This document shows positions 25,901 through 36,975 of a stretch of DNA of 64,000 nt, piece after piece. A program made the position numbers and the translations under genes. Below the pieces are notes generated by a model. The model was not told where the DNA came from. It made no database searches and worked only from the letters and a program-made list of their open reading frames with translations. The stretch lies in the NCBI RefSeq assembly GCF_964355755.1, contig NC_092673.1, positions 3,224,001 through 3,288,000 of the forward strand, read 5' to 3'. The DNA is from Antedon mediterranea (Eukaryota > Animalia > Echinodermata). The first letter of the stretch is position 1. Each line of letters opens with the position of its first letter.

Positions 25901-28900
25901 TCTCTCTTTGTCGCCCCCCCCCCCTTCCCAGATAAATGAAAATATCAATCAGAGATCATTTCTAATAATAATAATTGAATCATTGTCCTATGACATTACC
26001 TTTTTACCAAATTTACCGGTGAAATAGAAAATATAACAAAATCATTTCTAATTATAGAAACTTGTTTCATTGTCCAATGATACTTGTTAAAGTACAATAC
26101 AAATAAATAATGGTATAGTACAACAAACAATCATAAATACAGTATAATTATCTTTAATGTAAAAGTGATGATTCTAAATCTAAAAAGTTGGAGATAAATT
26201 GTATTTTGTCTACAATTTCTTCTCCTTCAATCAAGGGCTATTGTATTTGGATAAACACTGTGTTGATGGTTTTTACTAGCTGTATAATCTATTTAGTGGA
26301 GAGCTGTAGCTTGATGGTTAACGTGCTTGCCTTCCAAACCCAAGATCCGGGGTTCAATCTCGACCTAATGCAGGGTTGTAACTCCTGACTTTTTCAACTC
26401 CACTCCCTAAGCCTTAAAATAAGACTTAGTTTAGAAGCACAATACATTATTAAATAGTTTATCCATCCTGTAATTTGCGAGTTATAAAATATAAAATTTT
26501 AAAAATAAGCTATTTAGTCATGTGACCAGTTTAAAAAGAAGAAGAAGAAAAAATATTCTGTAATTTCTTTTAGATGGAAATGTTTTTTAACCCTATATTT
26601 TGCATTTCTGATACCATTAAAGAGGGACATTTTGGATGACTATGCATTTAATCAAACACAATAAACTTATTCAAACATAGTAAACAGGAAAATCATCTTT
26701 TCCAATTATGTATTATTATCGTCAAAGAGACAAGATTGGACAGAAACAAACAAGTCAAGACATACACCAAACACAATCAGACAAGCCATGACAGGATAAC
26801 AATAGAAAGGTAGTCGCATTCTGGATAGGTCTTGTATAGATCTATGCTCACTGACAACGTTAAACCATCATAGACTTGTTCCTGTGTGCTTCCTGACCTA
26901 GTTCATTGCGTTTCAATTTAAATCATTTTAATGCAAAACATTTGATTTAAATTATTATTGATATAAATCTGATGAAATTGTCTTTCAGAAAATGTCACAA
27001 TCTATAAACTTTTGAAAGTTTTTAAATAAAATTATTATTGAAAATGTTCCTGTTTTTTATTATAAAACCAGATATCTCTTAAAAATGCATTAAAACTAAA
27101 AATCCTTTTGCATAAAATCAACTGATTTATGTACATTCGTACTTACATTGCAGCAAAAATATCACTAAATGTTTCAACACAGGAAAATAAGGCAAACACT
27201 ATCCAGTACATCATCCATTTTACCTGATAAAAAGATAAATCCAATGGAATGGTTAATTGCTTTTAAGATTTAAACGTGTATAAATTGATCATTGGCTGGC
27301 ATATTCGATTGGGAAATGTTTGTGTTCAATTTGAAACGTGAATTAAAAAACGTTGTTCATCGATTATTAATTTCAAAATACGACATATAAACTAATATTC
27401 AAATTGATGCAAGTACCATATTAAGGGGATACTTTCAGGACTCATCAAAGTGTACCCTAAAGTGATGTGCCCATATATGGACATGATGATGTCATATCAC
27501 TACCATATTTGGGTATATCACTACCATATTTGGGTATATCACTACCATATTTGGGTATATCACTACCATATTTGGGTATATCACTACCATATTTAGGCAA
27601 TAGGAACCATATTATGGGGACACTTTTAGTACTCATCAAAGTGTACCCTAAAGAGGGATGTTCCTAAAGCTCTGTCTACACTATCAAACTAGTTTGACAA
27701 AAAAATGTGATGTGCCCATTTCTGGACATGATGATGTCATATTACTACCATATTTGGATATATCACTACCATATTTGGATATATCACTACCATATTTGGA
27801 TATATCACTACCATATTTGGATATATCACTACCATATTTGGATATATCACTACCATATTTGGATATATCACTACCATATTTGGATATATCACTACCATAT
27901 TTGGATATATCACTACCATATTTGGATATATCACTACCATAAGGAGGGGTTCTAATATACAGTTGTACTATATCTTATAATACCATAGAGGAATACTTAT
28001 ACAGTCACCTCTCTTCCCTACCGCCCCTTAGGCTCTGTCTACACTGTCAAACTAGTTCAACAAAAAAAAAATGTTATGTACCCAAATAATATGGTATAAT
28101 GATACGCCCAAATATGGTAGTCATCATCATGTCCATATATGGGCATATCACAGAGCTGTACTGTATACATATACTTTACAAGATCTCTAATTTAGGAGAG
28201 ATTAATCAGAATATATTAGCTACTATTTTCTTGTGTATACATTCCACAGTAGAACAACCCAGTGACCAAGTTTAATCGAAAAAATGTTTAAAGATATATT
28301 GTCCCCCTAAAAAAAATTTTTTTTTTTTCATTTTTTTTGTTGAATATGTTATTTTAATGTCACATAATAGTTATTCACTCTCACAAAAAATTGGGTCTGA
28401 AAAAAATTTATTTACCTGAAAAATGTAATTTAAAGCAAAAAATGGTCAAATTGTCTGGAAGACAATGAGTTTTTGGGTAATTTAACTGTTTATTTTGTCT
28501 TTTTATAGGTGAAATAATTTTTTTCCCCCGTTTTTTTTTCTTATGGAAGTGAACAACTTCATTAAAACTGCAAAATGGCCTATTCAAAGTCCGATTTTAA
28601 AAATCTTTATTTTTCATGATTTTGGGGGACAATACATCTTTAAATTAAAACATTATTTGACTATTGAACATCATGAATGTTATAAACCACATGTGCCAAG
28701 AATAGCCTGGTACGACGAACTTTAATGTTTTGTAATGTTCACTCATTTCCCGACATTGAGCAGAAATAGCCGCACAAAATGTTAGCCTTACAGTCGGATT
28801 AACCCGTTAGCAATTGGTCCGTGAGAAAAGGGGCTCTGAGAAAAGTGTGACGACCGCCGAGACCAGCCATTTCCTTTGACAGAGTCCATGCAGTCTCGGA

Positions 28901-31900
28901 AGAATTTAATTATGATTTCTATGATCACGCATGGGTTTAATATTTAGCTAACAAGGCAAAGTAATTCATAATATAACCCAGACAAGGGACAGGTACCAGT
29001 TTGGCGTAGAACAACGGTGAATAATACAGATTTACTGTAGCAGTTGGCAGTAAATATTTCAAGTCATGCACTTAATATAAATTGAAAGGAGCATTTGAAA
29101 ATGGTATTATTGTTGCATTAATAGTATTCTAGAACAATCGAGTGAGACAAATGTCAATTGTTCTTGACTATCCTTTTAATTTTGAATGATTTTGCCATAA
29201 AAAAAATTGTTATACGCCCAAATATGGTAGTGATATGACATCATTGTATCTATATATGGGCACATCACATTTTTTTGTCACATAAAGTTTGATACAGAGA
29301 AAGGGGATAGTGGAGGGTGAACCTTTGCTTGAAATTACTTAATTAGTTCTTCACTTAATAGTACCGTATATTAATAATCTTATACTTTGTACTGTATGTT
29401 TGATTGATCAATACTACTGTACAGTATGCCGATCAAATAATATGTGAAATTATTGGCAATGATAAAAATTGCCACATCATGACTCTGTGAAGTTCAACAT
29501 CTGTGAATCGTTACCAATAAACAAGAGATTACAAGGAGATGTTCCTTTATAAAATTCCCTTAAAATTCTAAAGGATGTGAGTAAGATTACATAATGCCTT
29601 TGGGAAACATCCAATTTAAAAATGTGCATTTGTTTTTAATTTTTAATGCCATTGCTGAACATAAACTGATGGTGGAAGTACTGTGTATAGTTATTAAGGG
29701 TAAATAAATGTATCCTTGGCCAACAACAGGGTCAGAAAGAACAAATGAATTGTTAAAGCGGAAAGAAAATGCAAAAGTCAATGCTATACTGTACAGTAGG
29801 ATGCTTTTTTTTTAAAACAGACATCCAACAGAGATACTGTAAATTAATTTACTCATCTTAAGATAGTTGTACATATCATTGCGCTGTGAGACTCGGTAAA
29901 AAGTGCTTTATATGTTCGATATTATTATTTTAATATTATTATCAATATCATGTGTATAGTACTTCGCACAATTTCCCGACTAGTCCACTCAGCATCTGTA
30001 AATGAGTACCTAGTTTAAAAATACTAGGGAGGATAAAGCGGCGCGGAAAGGAACGGTCTATCTTACCACATAATGTTTTAAGAAACATCTTTATTCTTCT
30101 TCTTTTGGTAGGATAGACAGATGACTTTTTCTCATATGGGAGCTTCAAAATGCAGGAGAACGGAGCCGTGTAAATGGTTCCTCTGCTTTTCTTCTTTCAT
30201 TGACTATCTTAAGCTCTGACTACACTATCAAACTTTATGTGACAAAAAAATGTGATGTGCCCATATACTGTATGAACATGATGATGTGATATCACTACCA
30301 TAGTTGGGCATATCACTACCATATTTGGGCACATCACACTTTTTTTGTCAAACTATTTTGAAAGTGTAGACTTGTTAGCTTTAGGATATTTTTATGGATC
30401 ATTTTTGTGTGTGAAGCTCGTAGAAACATTGTATTAAGGCGCTACTGTACAGACTACTATTATTATTAATAAGGCGTAGTACACTGAGCTGATAATCATG
30501 GTAATGAACACAGAACTCACTTTTACCTACAGATTATTACAGAACATTATAAATGTAAGGAGGCTTGAGGCTTTTTGCCACATGACTGTTATCATGCACA
30601 GCTGTGAAGAATGATGAGTATTAACATAATAAACACAACACTTTAGACGAACGAACGGTTATCTAAATAAGACAAAGTTCATCATCTCCACTTGCCAATA
30701 GGAGGGGGGAGGGGGAAACTTACGTATTCCTTGACGTTTCTTGATTTAATTGCTTTATAAGATGAGTAGCCTGGATACAAAGTTCCAAACACCAGCCTGA
30801 AAACAGAACACATAATGTATGTTTATTAGAGCTGTCAATACAGTGTGTTACAACAAAGTTGATTTAACAAACTGTGCTAACTGCACTGTGTTTTGTTGCT
30901 CCCTTTTGAATTTATTTGGTTTATCATACATAATAGTGACATTTTCTGTATTACTATTAGTAAAGCTCTGTTTACACTATCAAACTTTAACAAAATGTGA
31001 TGTGCCAATATATGGACATGATGATGTCATATAACTACTACATTTAGGCACTTCACACTTTTTTTGTCACACTAGTTTGATAGTGTAGACAGAGCTTTAA
31101 GCCTTGTCTACACTATCAAACTTTATGTGTCAAAAAAGTGTGATGTGCCTATATATGGTAGTGCTATGCTTAAATATGGTAGTGATATGACATCATCATG
31201 TCCATAAATGGGCACATCGCATTTTTTTGACACATAAAGTTTGATAGTGTAGATAGAGCTTAACAGTATTGAGCTACAGTAATGTACTGTGTATCTCTTT
31301 CACTGCAAATAGTTTTTCCATCGTTGATTTAGTATACAAGGCAATAAAAACAAATTAAACTAAACAAAAATTAATCAACCACAAATCATGGTTTCAAACA
31401 TGAACCTTTATTTGTCAAAGATAAATGTGGGCTAGAGCAGAAAAGCAGCAGTTTCACACTTCATTAGGTAACATCAATAGCAGATTAATTCAGATATTCA
31501 ATATAAAATTCCTAAACAGAATTGTGACAGTAACAGTGAACAAAGTATTGTGTTAAATCTAATCGCCTACCTACAGTACTACGTAATACTAGTAACTGTA
31601 AACTATTTTGCCTCCCACTTTAACTAACCAAAGTTCACCAATGTCCAATTTATTACAGGGAGAAGTTGATTTTTATACTGTAACAAAAATAAACGATGGA
31701 GGAAAAAAAACATACTTCATACAGTATTTATAAATATATGTGTGTGATACAGAATCTTTTGAATTAGCTATATTATCAAATGTTGGATAACAATTTGTCA
31801 ATTTGTCTCGCAATAAATCATCAAATTCATTTTTGTTATAGATTTTAATTTTATTGTTTTGTGCAATTTGAATAAACTCCTTAAAATTGTGCAAGGAAAT

Positions 31901-32591
31901 CCATGCGCAATTTCAAATTATTCAGATCATAAATAACACAAAATGGCCATATATCAATACTTCTGATATGAAATTACTGTACGTATCCACATATAATTGT
32001 AAAAAATTGTCCTCTACAGTAGGAAAATGGCGAGAAAATAAATATACCAAATATATATACCAATTATGTGATAATTCCATTATGATTATTGAACAATGTA
32101 GCAGATGAACCAGAAATTGCTGCCCTTTAACTAATTTCGCACCGAGGCTAGGTTATTTCTGGGTGGGATGGCCACTGTACTTAATTATTTGTTATGCATG
32201 ATTTAAAAGATTTGCAAAATTTGAAAATGAAACTGCCAACCAAGCAAGGAATTGGATTTTCTCACATCCGCCGACAAGCCAGGTTTGATTTTGACAACAT
32301 ATATAGGCCTACTACTACTACTACTAGTCTAGGCTAGGCCATATCAGGGTAAATAAGGCAATTATCTTTTGAAAAATAAATGTTGGCTTAGGACTAGGCC
32401 TAATTGAATTAAAATAATAGTCTAGCCCCCGCCTAGGCCAGTGCGATTTTCCGTGGCCAGACAACAGATCTGAAACGGACCAGACAAAAATGCCATGATG
32501 CGCCCGTTATCAACAAACATGAATAGCCTAGCTAGGCCTAGCTAGCTAGGCATACTTACACAACTAAGCGGGACACAATGTAAGACACCAT
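10942..32591 (-). CDS. REEP: Receptor expression-enhancing protein, REEP1-4 subfamily (ER-shaping TB2/DP1/HVA22 protein)
   Basis: Exons 32560-32591 ([11 protein letters not shown]), 30724-30796 ([24 protein letters not shown]), 27147-27223 ([23 protein letters not shown]), 24794-24914 ([40 protein letters not shown]), 23957-24070, 12686-12779 ([12 protein letters not shown]), 10942-11633. All GT-AG and phase-consistent; exon sizes 32/73/77/121/114 match vertebrate REEP1-4. Confidence 0.96.
11777..11951. mobile_element. MITE family C (TIR AGGGTCTTTCACACCTGTTCCG)
   Basis: Ends agggtttcgcacctggttcg ... cggaacaggtatgaaagaccct; related to 47406-47523. Confidence 0.6.
14838..15470 (-). mobile_element. 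Degenerate 3' fragment of an L2/CR1-type LINE
   Basis: Minus strand ends aataaatgttact(ttgaa)n with upstream catgtctgtcacaagctttttgcttttttgatcatg stem-loop; 5' boundary uncertain. Confidence 0.45.
16213..16312 (-). mobile_element. MITE family A, partial
   Basis: One TIR plus two 21-bp units. Confidence 0.8.
17871..18027 (+). mobile_element. tRNA-derived SINE, degenerate
   Basis: B-box-like ggttcgatc; body similar to 26296-26472. Confidence 0.5.
18336..18532 (+). mobile_element. MITE family A with four 21-bp units
   Basis: TIRs and internal repeat. Confidence 0.85.
19168..19378. repeat. Degenerate 21-bp minisatellite (catgtgctcaccatatatagg), ~9-10 copies
   Basis: Direct tandem repeat; explains ORF 19148-19390. 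Confidence 0.85.
19482..19600. mobile_element. MITE (TIR AGCTTGGTTCCCACTAGGA)
   Basis: agcttggttcccactaggatgtaacgc ... gcgttatgtcctagtgggaaacaagct. Confidence 0.7.
19677..19756 (+). mobile_element. MITE family A, right half
   Basis: Ends gtcaaactagtttgatagtgaagacagagct-taa. Confidence 0.8.
21348..21679. mobile_element. MITE with ~50-bp TIRs
   Basis: gaggtttcgcaaccttacgaatacgataacgaaaacggatacgtcac ... gtgacgtatccgttttcgttatcgtattcgtaagattgcgaaacctc; TTA/TAA flanks. Confidence 0.85.
22121..22271 (+). mobile_element. MITE family A
   Basis: Near-consensus body, small deletion in right TIR. Confidence 0.85.
23435..23851. mobile_element. MITE (TIR TACCCTTTTCACA.TGCA)
   Basis: tacccttttcacactgcataaatt ... 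aattttgcagatgtgaaaagggta; TTA/TAA flanks. Confidence 0.7.
25030..25147. mobile_element. Rearranged fragment of a Penelope-like terminal repeat
   Basis: Shares ctgaaaagaactgttgagtttctc with 42415 and ctttatatcaacatttgatttcg.catgcaaaccttcaaacaata with 44291; includes an inverted segment. Confidence 0.5.
26296..26472 (+). mobile_element. tRNA-derived SINE
   Basis: A-box tagcttgatggt, B-box ggttcaatc; related to 17871 and 46361. Confidence 0.6.
27461..27598 (+). mobile_element. MITE family A internal fragment with five 21-bp units
   Basis: No TIRs; flanked by ~50-bp direct repeats 27413-27462 and 27603-27653. Confidence 0.8.
27668..27940 (+). mobile_element. MITE family A, truncated, with ~9.5 copies of the 21-bp unit
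   Basis: TIR then homogeneous atatcactaccatatttggat array. Confidence 0.9.
28031..28157 (-). mobile_element. MITE family A, internally deleted
   Basis: ggctctgtctacactgtcaaactag ... cagagct. Confidence 0.75.
28292..28639. mobile_element. Non-autonomous TTAA-flanked TIR element (Kolobok-like)
   Basis: ttaa-agatatattgtcccc ... ggggacaatacatct-ttaa; related copies at 52802-53070 and 55093-55393. Confidence 0.75.
29200..29298 (-). mobile_element. MITE family A, partial
   Basis: cccaaatatggtagtgatatgacatc...gtcacataaagtttgata. Confidence 0.75.
29984..30075 (+). mobile_element. SINE central-domain remnant (Meta-domain-like)
   Basis: ccactcagcatctgtaaatgagtacct...gggaggataaagcggc resembles the conserved CACYCAGCTGTAAATGRGTACC core as recalled. 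Confidence 0.4.
30212..30371 (+). mobile_element. MITE family A carrying a CTGTA insertion at a TA
   Basis: cccatatactgtatgaacatg versus consensus cccatatatggacatg. Confidence 0.85.
30964..31096 (+). mobile_element. MITE family A (first of an abutting inverted pair)
   Basis: Both TIRs, one 21-bp unit. Confidence 0.85.
31100..31260 (-). mobile_element. MITE family A (second of an abutting inverted pair)
   Basis: Both TIRs; separated from the previous copy by only ~3 bp (TTA). Confidence 0.85.
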
Positions 32592-32754
32592 TTTTAGTCG
32601 TCGAATCGATCCCAATCGTCTTCGTAAGGTCTTTACTTCATCGATACAAACTTCTTTATTTTTAAAGCGGAAATTGCATAAAAGAAAGAAAACCAACACA
32701 GCAAAAACAGAGAGAGAGAATGTGAGCAACAGACACAGTACAAAATCAAAACAT

Positions 32755-32810
32755 TGAATTGATTGGTTTATGCGCATTCCAATCAAATTGTTAAAAAAGT
32801 AGAGGGCGTT
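32755..32810 (-). promoter_or_regulatory. Putative REEP promoter elements
   Basis: CCAAT boxes in both orientations (gattgg 32761, ccaatc 32779) around tgcgca, ~170-200 bp upstream of the ATG. Confidence 0.4.
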
Positions 32811-33007
32811 GTCATATTTTTTTTATTCATTCATCATACATTCATTCAATATTTTATTTTTGAATCTCTCAACTAAAGTACTAGTAAAATTACGTATAAA
32901 TTTAAAACAATTAAACCTGTACTGACTAATTACCAAAAGACGACGCACTATTATATTAGAATGGCATTCCAATTGGAGAGCATTTTTGACTAATAAAAAC
33001 GTTGTCT

Positions 33008-33543
33008 AGATAAGATAAGATAAATTTATTGAACGAACGCTTTTGTATCAGCGGCACACGTTTATAAGACGGTGCGTTCATTTACAAGGCAATGTAAAAA
33101 CAAAAAGAAAAGTATCAAAAAATAACATTTAAGTCTTAACTAAGAAGCGAATTATACAAGTAAAATGAAATTAGTAAAAACAAGGTAATCTTACATATCG
33201 AACAATACTTAACCTATATGATGGAGTTAATGTTATTATCTATTTATTATCAGTATTATTAATATTTTCAAGTTTTAAGCGAATATATTATCATTATTAT
33301 TACTAAAAAAAAAAAAAATATATATATATATATATATAATTGCTAATTGATTTATTATACTGTTATTATTAAAATAAATGCAACTCTTATATGATTATTT
33401 GTTCTTATTATATTTAATATTAATAGTTATTTGTAATTTAATTAAATGTGATACAATTTTTATTATACTATTTAGTCTTATTTTTAGTACTGTATTATTT
33501 ATTTATTTTATTTAGATTTAGGTTACATTATATAATTTTGAAG

Positions 33544-33578
<35 letters not shown>

Positions 33579-34500
33579 TAAAAATATAATATATTATTGA
33601 ATTAGATAAATGGTAAAATAATGTTAGTAGATAATATGGTGGGCGGTAAATATTTATATATTATATATTAAGTGTAGTCTTTCTATGTCTCCATGCAGCA
33701 GTTAAGTATTGTTTACAGTGATAGTCTACAATTTCACCGATTCTCTCAAATGGAAATTCTAAATAAAGGTCATCAAGTAAAATATGATGTTGGTATTCGA
33801 TTGTACCACTTCTAAAATTCTCCCAGAATGTATCATAACCACAATACAATAAATCCATTTTTAGTAAGTTAAAATGTGTTTCTCTTACATTTTTAAGGTT
33901 TGAACATTCAAGTAGAAAATGGTCTGTAGTTTCAATTAACTGATTGTTGCATAGCTTGCAAAAACCAGTCTCATTTTCTGACCATGTATTTTTTCTACCT
34001 TCTAAATCAAGAGAGTTAGACCTCGCTTTAAACTTTAAACTAATGGAATCAAAATTCACCATATCAAACATGTATGTCTCTGCTTTAGGTTCATGTTTAT
34101 ATTTCAAATATTCGGAGAGGGTTGACTTTGTTTTTGCACCTTCTAACCATTCCTTGATATTTTCTAGAGAGTTGGCATGTGTAAAACTCTTGAACCATTG
34201 ACTTTCCGGATTTAAATTAAACTTATTTCCTAAATCAAATTTACATAATAAATCTTTGATATGGTTAATCCACTTCCATTTCACCTTATCTTCTACATCC
34301 ATTATAGATCTACATAGTAGTTTTTGCCACCTTTGGTCATCCATATTTTTAATTCTGTTAAAATAGGACATCCTAGATTTATTTTGGATGGTGTAGAGTG
34401 TCTCCCATCCTAGGTCACCAATCAATGCCGCTTTCGCGACGTTTCTTGGTGCCTTCAAAATAATTCTAGCCATTTGGTATTGTAAATTTTCTAACTATAT
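33008..34500 (-). mobile_element. 5'-truncated non-LTR retrotransposon (CR1/L2 group): ORF2 C-terminus plus 3' UTR
   Basis: ORF 33661-34473 with CKLC...ETTDHFLLEC zinc knuckle and GDLGWETL motif; ends aataaatttatcttatcttatc microsatellite tail. Confidence 0.85.
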
Positions 34501-34996
34501 CGACTTTCTTTAAAAATTCATAAAAAGAAGGAATTCTACATTCTGCTGTAAACATGTTGGCACTACAAATGCAGTACAATACAAAATAGAGTATTTATTT
34601 TATTGTCATAATTATTATAATATGTATATTTATTATTATATTTTAAGAAGCCCTCCATCATAATTAGATAACTTTTTAAACAAAATATTCGTTTATGTAT
34701 CGATGTATGACTAAAATCAATAAAACTCCCTAATGTTTGGACTGGGTATTTATTTATTTTTTATTTTATTCAATCGAAACCAAAAGCGATAATTACCGCT
34801 ACTAACAGGTTTTGATACAAACAAACCCCAGGACTGTTTAAAGCACCTTAATTGGTCCTGACATTGATCAGGGGCTTCTCTCGTCCAGTGCCCACCTTGA
34901 CCAGAGGTCTGAGGCATACTAGATGTATGTTCAAACGCACGGCGTTAAGGTAGCTCTACGCAAGGCGAACGATAATCCGTGGCGTCAAAATAAATG

Positions 34997-36666
34997 TTAA
35001 TCCTCGCTATACGTTATCTTGTTATAGTAGTTATTTGTGTCATAATTGTTGGTTTCATATACAAGTTGACATCCAGTAGCATTCAGTCGAAATCCCTGGC
35101 AATCTGACCTCCTTAAGCACTGCATCGCACATCTGGTGTGAGACATTGTCACAGCATCACCAGATGACGACTGTTGCTTGGATTGAAAGTACACCGGCTG
35201 GTCTACGGAAAAAATCGATACATTATTATGATGAAGTCTTACTAAAAACTCACTTCTCTAATTTTTTTTATACATCGTACTGTATTCCTTATAAATCAAC
35301 AAATCGCAGTCAAAGACTGAATTTTTAATTATGATAAAAACAAATTTATGCAGGTCATTATTAGTAAATTGGACTCGACTTCCACCTTATCCTCTTCTTA
35401 AGCTCTGTCTACACTATCAATCTTTATGTGACAAAAATGTTAGTGCCCATAATATGGACATGGTGATGTTATATTACTACCAAATATTTAATCATATTAT
35501 CACTACCATATTTGGGCACATCACATTTTGTTGTCACTAAAGTTTGATAGTGTAGACAGAGCTTTATCCTCCACCAAAGACCCTCGAGTACTATTCCTCC
35601 TAAACCCTACAGTAAATGATTTAAGCGGTCATTATTCTCTCGGAAATTGAGTAAGAAAGTAAAAAGCAGCCTACCATATTCACAGATGTATCCTTCATTA
35701 AGGTCAACTGCAAACACTTCATCTGCATCAATATCTTTTATTTCAATCGAATTCGCTTTTATCCTTGTTCCAGCATCTACGTCATTATCACTCCTTGGAT
35801 TACTAAGTATCCATGGTGTCAACTGGGAGTCCAACGTGGTACCACTCCCGTCACACTTCCAGTTTGTGTCTAGTTCACGACCCAGACCCGCTTGGCGCCA
35901 AAATCCAATCCCGTATTTACCCCTTGGACAAACATCAAGAAGTGTGGTCAGAACGAACTGCAACTCATCAGATGTGGTGAGACAAGCAAGGTAACCACCA
36001 GATGTTTCGCAAATGTCTTTGAGATCCATCCAATTTTCTGTTGACGTGTTGGTTAAAATATTTACACGGTACGTTGATGATTGGTACTGTACATTTAAAC
36101 ATTCTGGAAACAGATTAAAGAAAATGATGAACCATAATTGGTTATTAGAATTAAACATAAGCCTACAAAATAAGTATTTTTGCCTGGACTTGTTCTATCA
36201 CGAGAGAGCTAAGGTAATGGAGCCTGGAAATTTGCCTAAGGAATATAGCCAGTGGCGTACCGTACCTGGTGTAGGAACCCTAAGTGGCCCTTTTTGTCCG
36301 TTTTAGCCTTTTTTGATATATATTTAGTTTTAGTATTCTGTTTTTCCCTCTGGGCACTGCTCAGGAACCCCCACAAGCTCCTGGGCCCCTGGGCTTAGGC
36401 TGAGCTCATACCCGTTACGCCACAGTGTATAGCAAAGACGATACAAAAAACATAATGGTGATGTATTATAAAATGTAATAAATATAATATTAAGCCTAGG
36501 TCTAATGGTATGTAATTTGCAATAAAAGGCCAAACAAAAAAATAAAAGAAGAAAATATCATACCGTTAGATGCTCCGATAATGGCGTTTATTTTGAACAC
36601 GATGAAGAAAATAAAAGAAAACATTTTTATGGAACGAATCTCGAATGCCAACATGACAACACACAT
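34997..36666 (-). CDS. Secreted C-type lectin-like domain + PAN/apple-like domain protein, copy 1
   Basis: Exons 36564-36666 (hydrophobic leader; start could be 36654), 35675-36103 (W..L...C...GGYLA.L....E..FV ... FW ... W ... YICE), 34997-35202 (RCAMQC...DCQGF...CQL); phase-1 GT-AG introns. Confidence 0.85.
35401..35563 (+). mobile_element. MITE family A, complete, TTA target duplication
   Basis: tta-agctctgtctacactatc ... gatagtgtagacagagct-tta. Confidence 0.9.
36250..36425 (-). mobile_element. Short TIR element (CAGTGGCGTA ends, hAT-like) in intron 1 of lectin copy 1
   Basis: cagtggcgtac ... gttacgccacag; homologous in reverse orientation to 39056-39140. Confidence 0.6.
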
Positions 36667-36975
36667 GTTTAATGTAAAATGATTTTATTTAAACACACCA
36701 ATTCTTACAAGTTGTTATAGTCGTTTGTATCTTATACTAATAGCTAATAGTGCATGGTGATTCGCATTATCTACTTAAACGAGGTCTTGTTAATTGACCA
36801 AAATGTACAAAAGGTTTTAAGCAACAAGATGATTACAAACTCGTGTAGCTTTAATATTTTAATCGATTTAACTAATTTAAATCAACTGCGTTTTGGTCCA
36901 GGTCTAGATTTTAAATTGATACACTAATTATAAGAAGCGAGTAATTGGAATAAACCCTTTTGTATCATAATGCTA

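Noticed and set aside
27457-27955. ORFs with SLPYLDI / HIWIYHY / MVVIYPN repeats
   Set aside because: Expanded internal 21-bp unit of MITE family A.
33661-34473. 270-aa ORF as a host gene
   Set aside because: Has LINE ORF2 C-terminal motifs and a microsatellite 3' tail; truncated retroelement.
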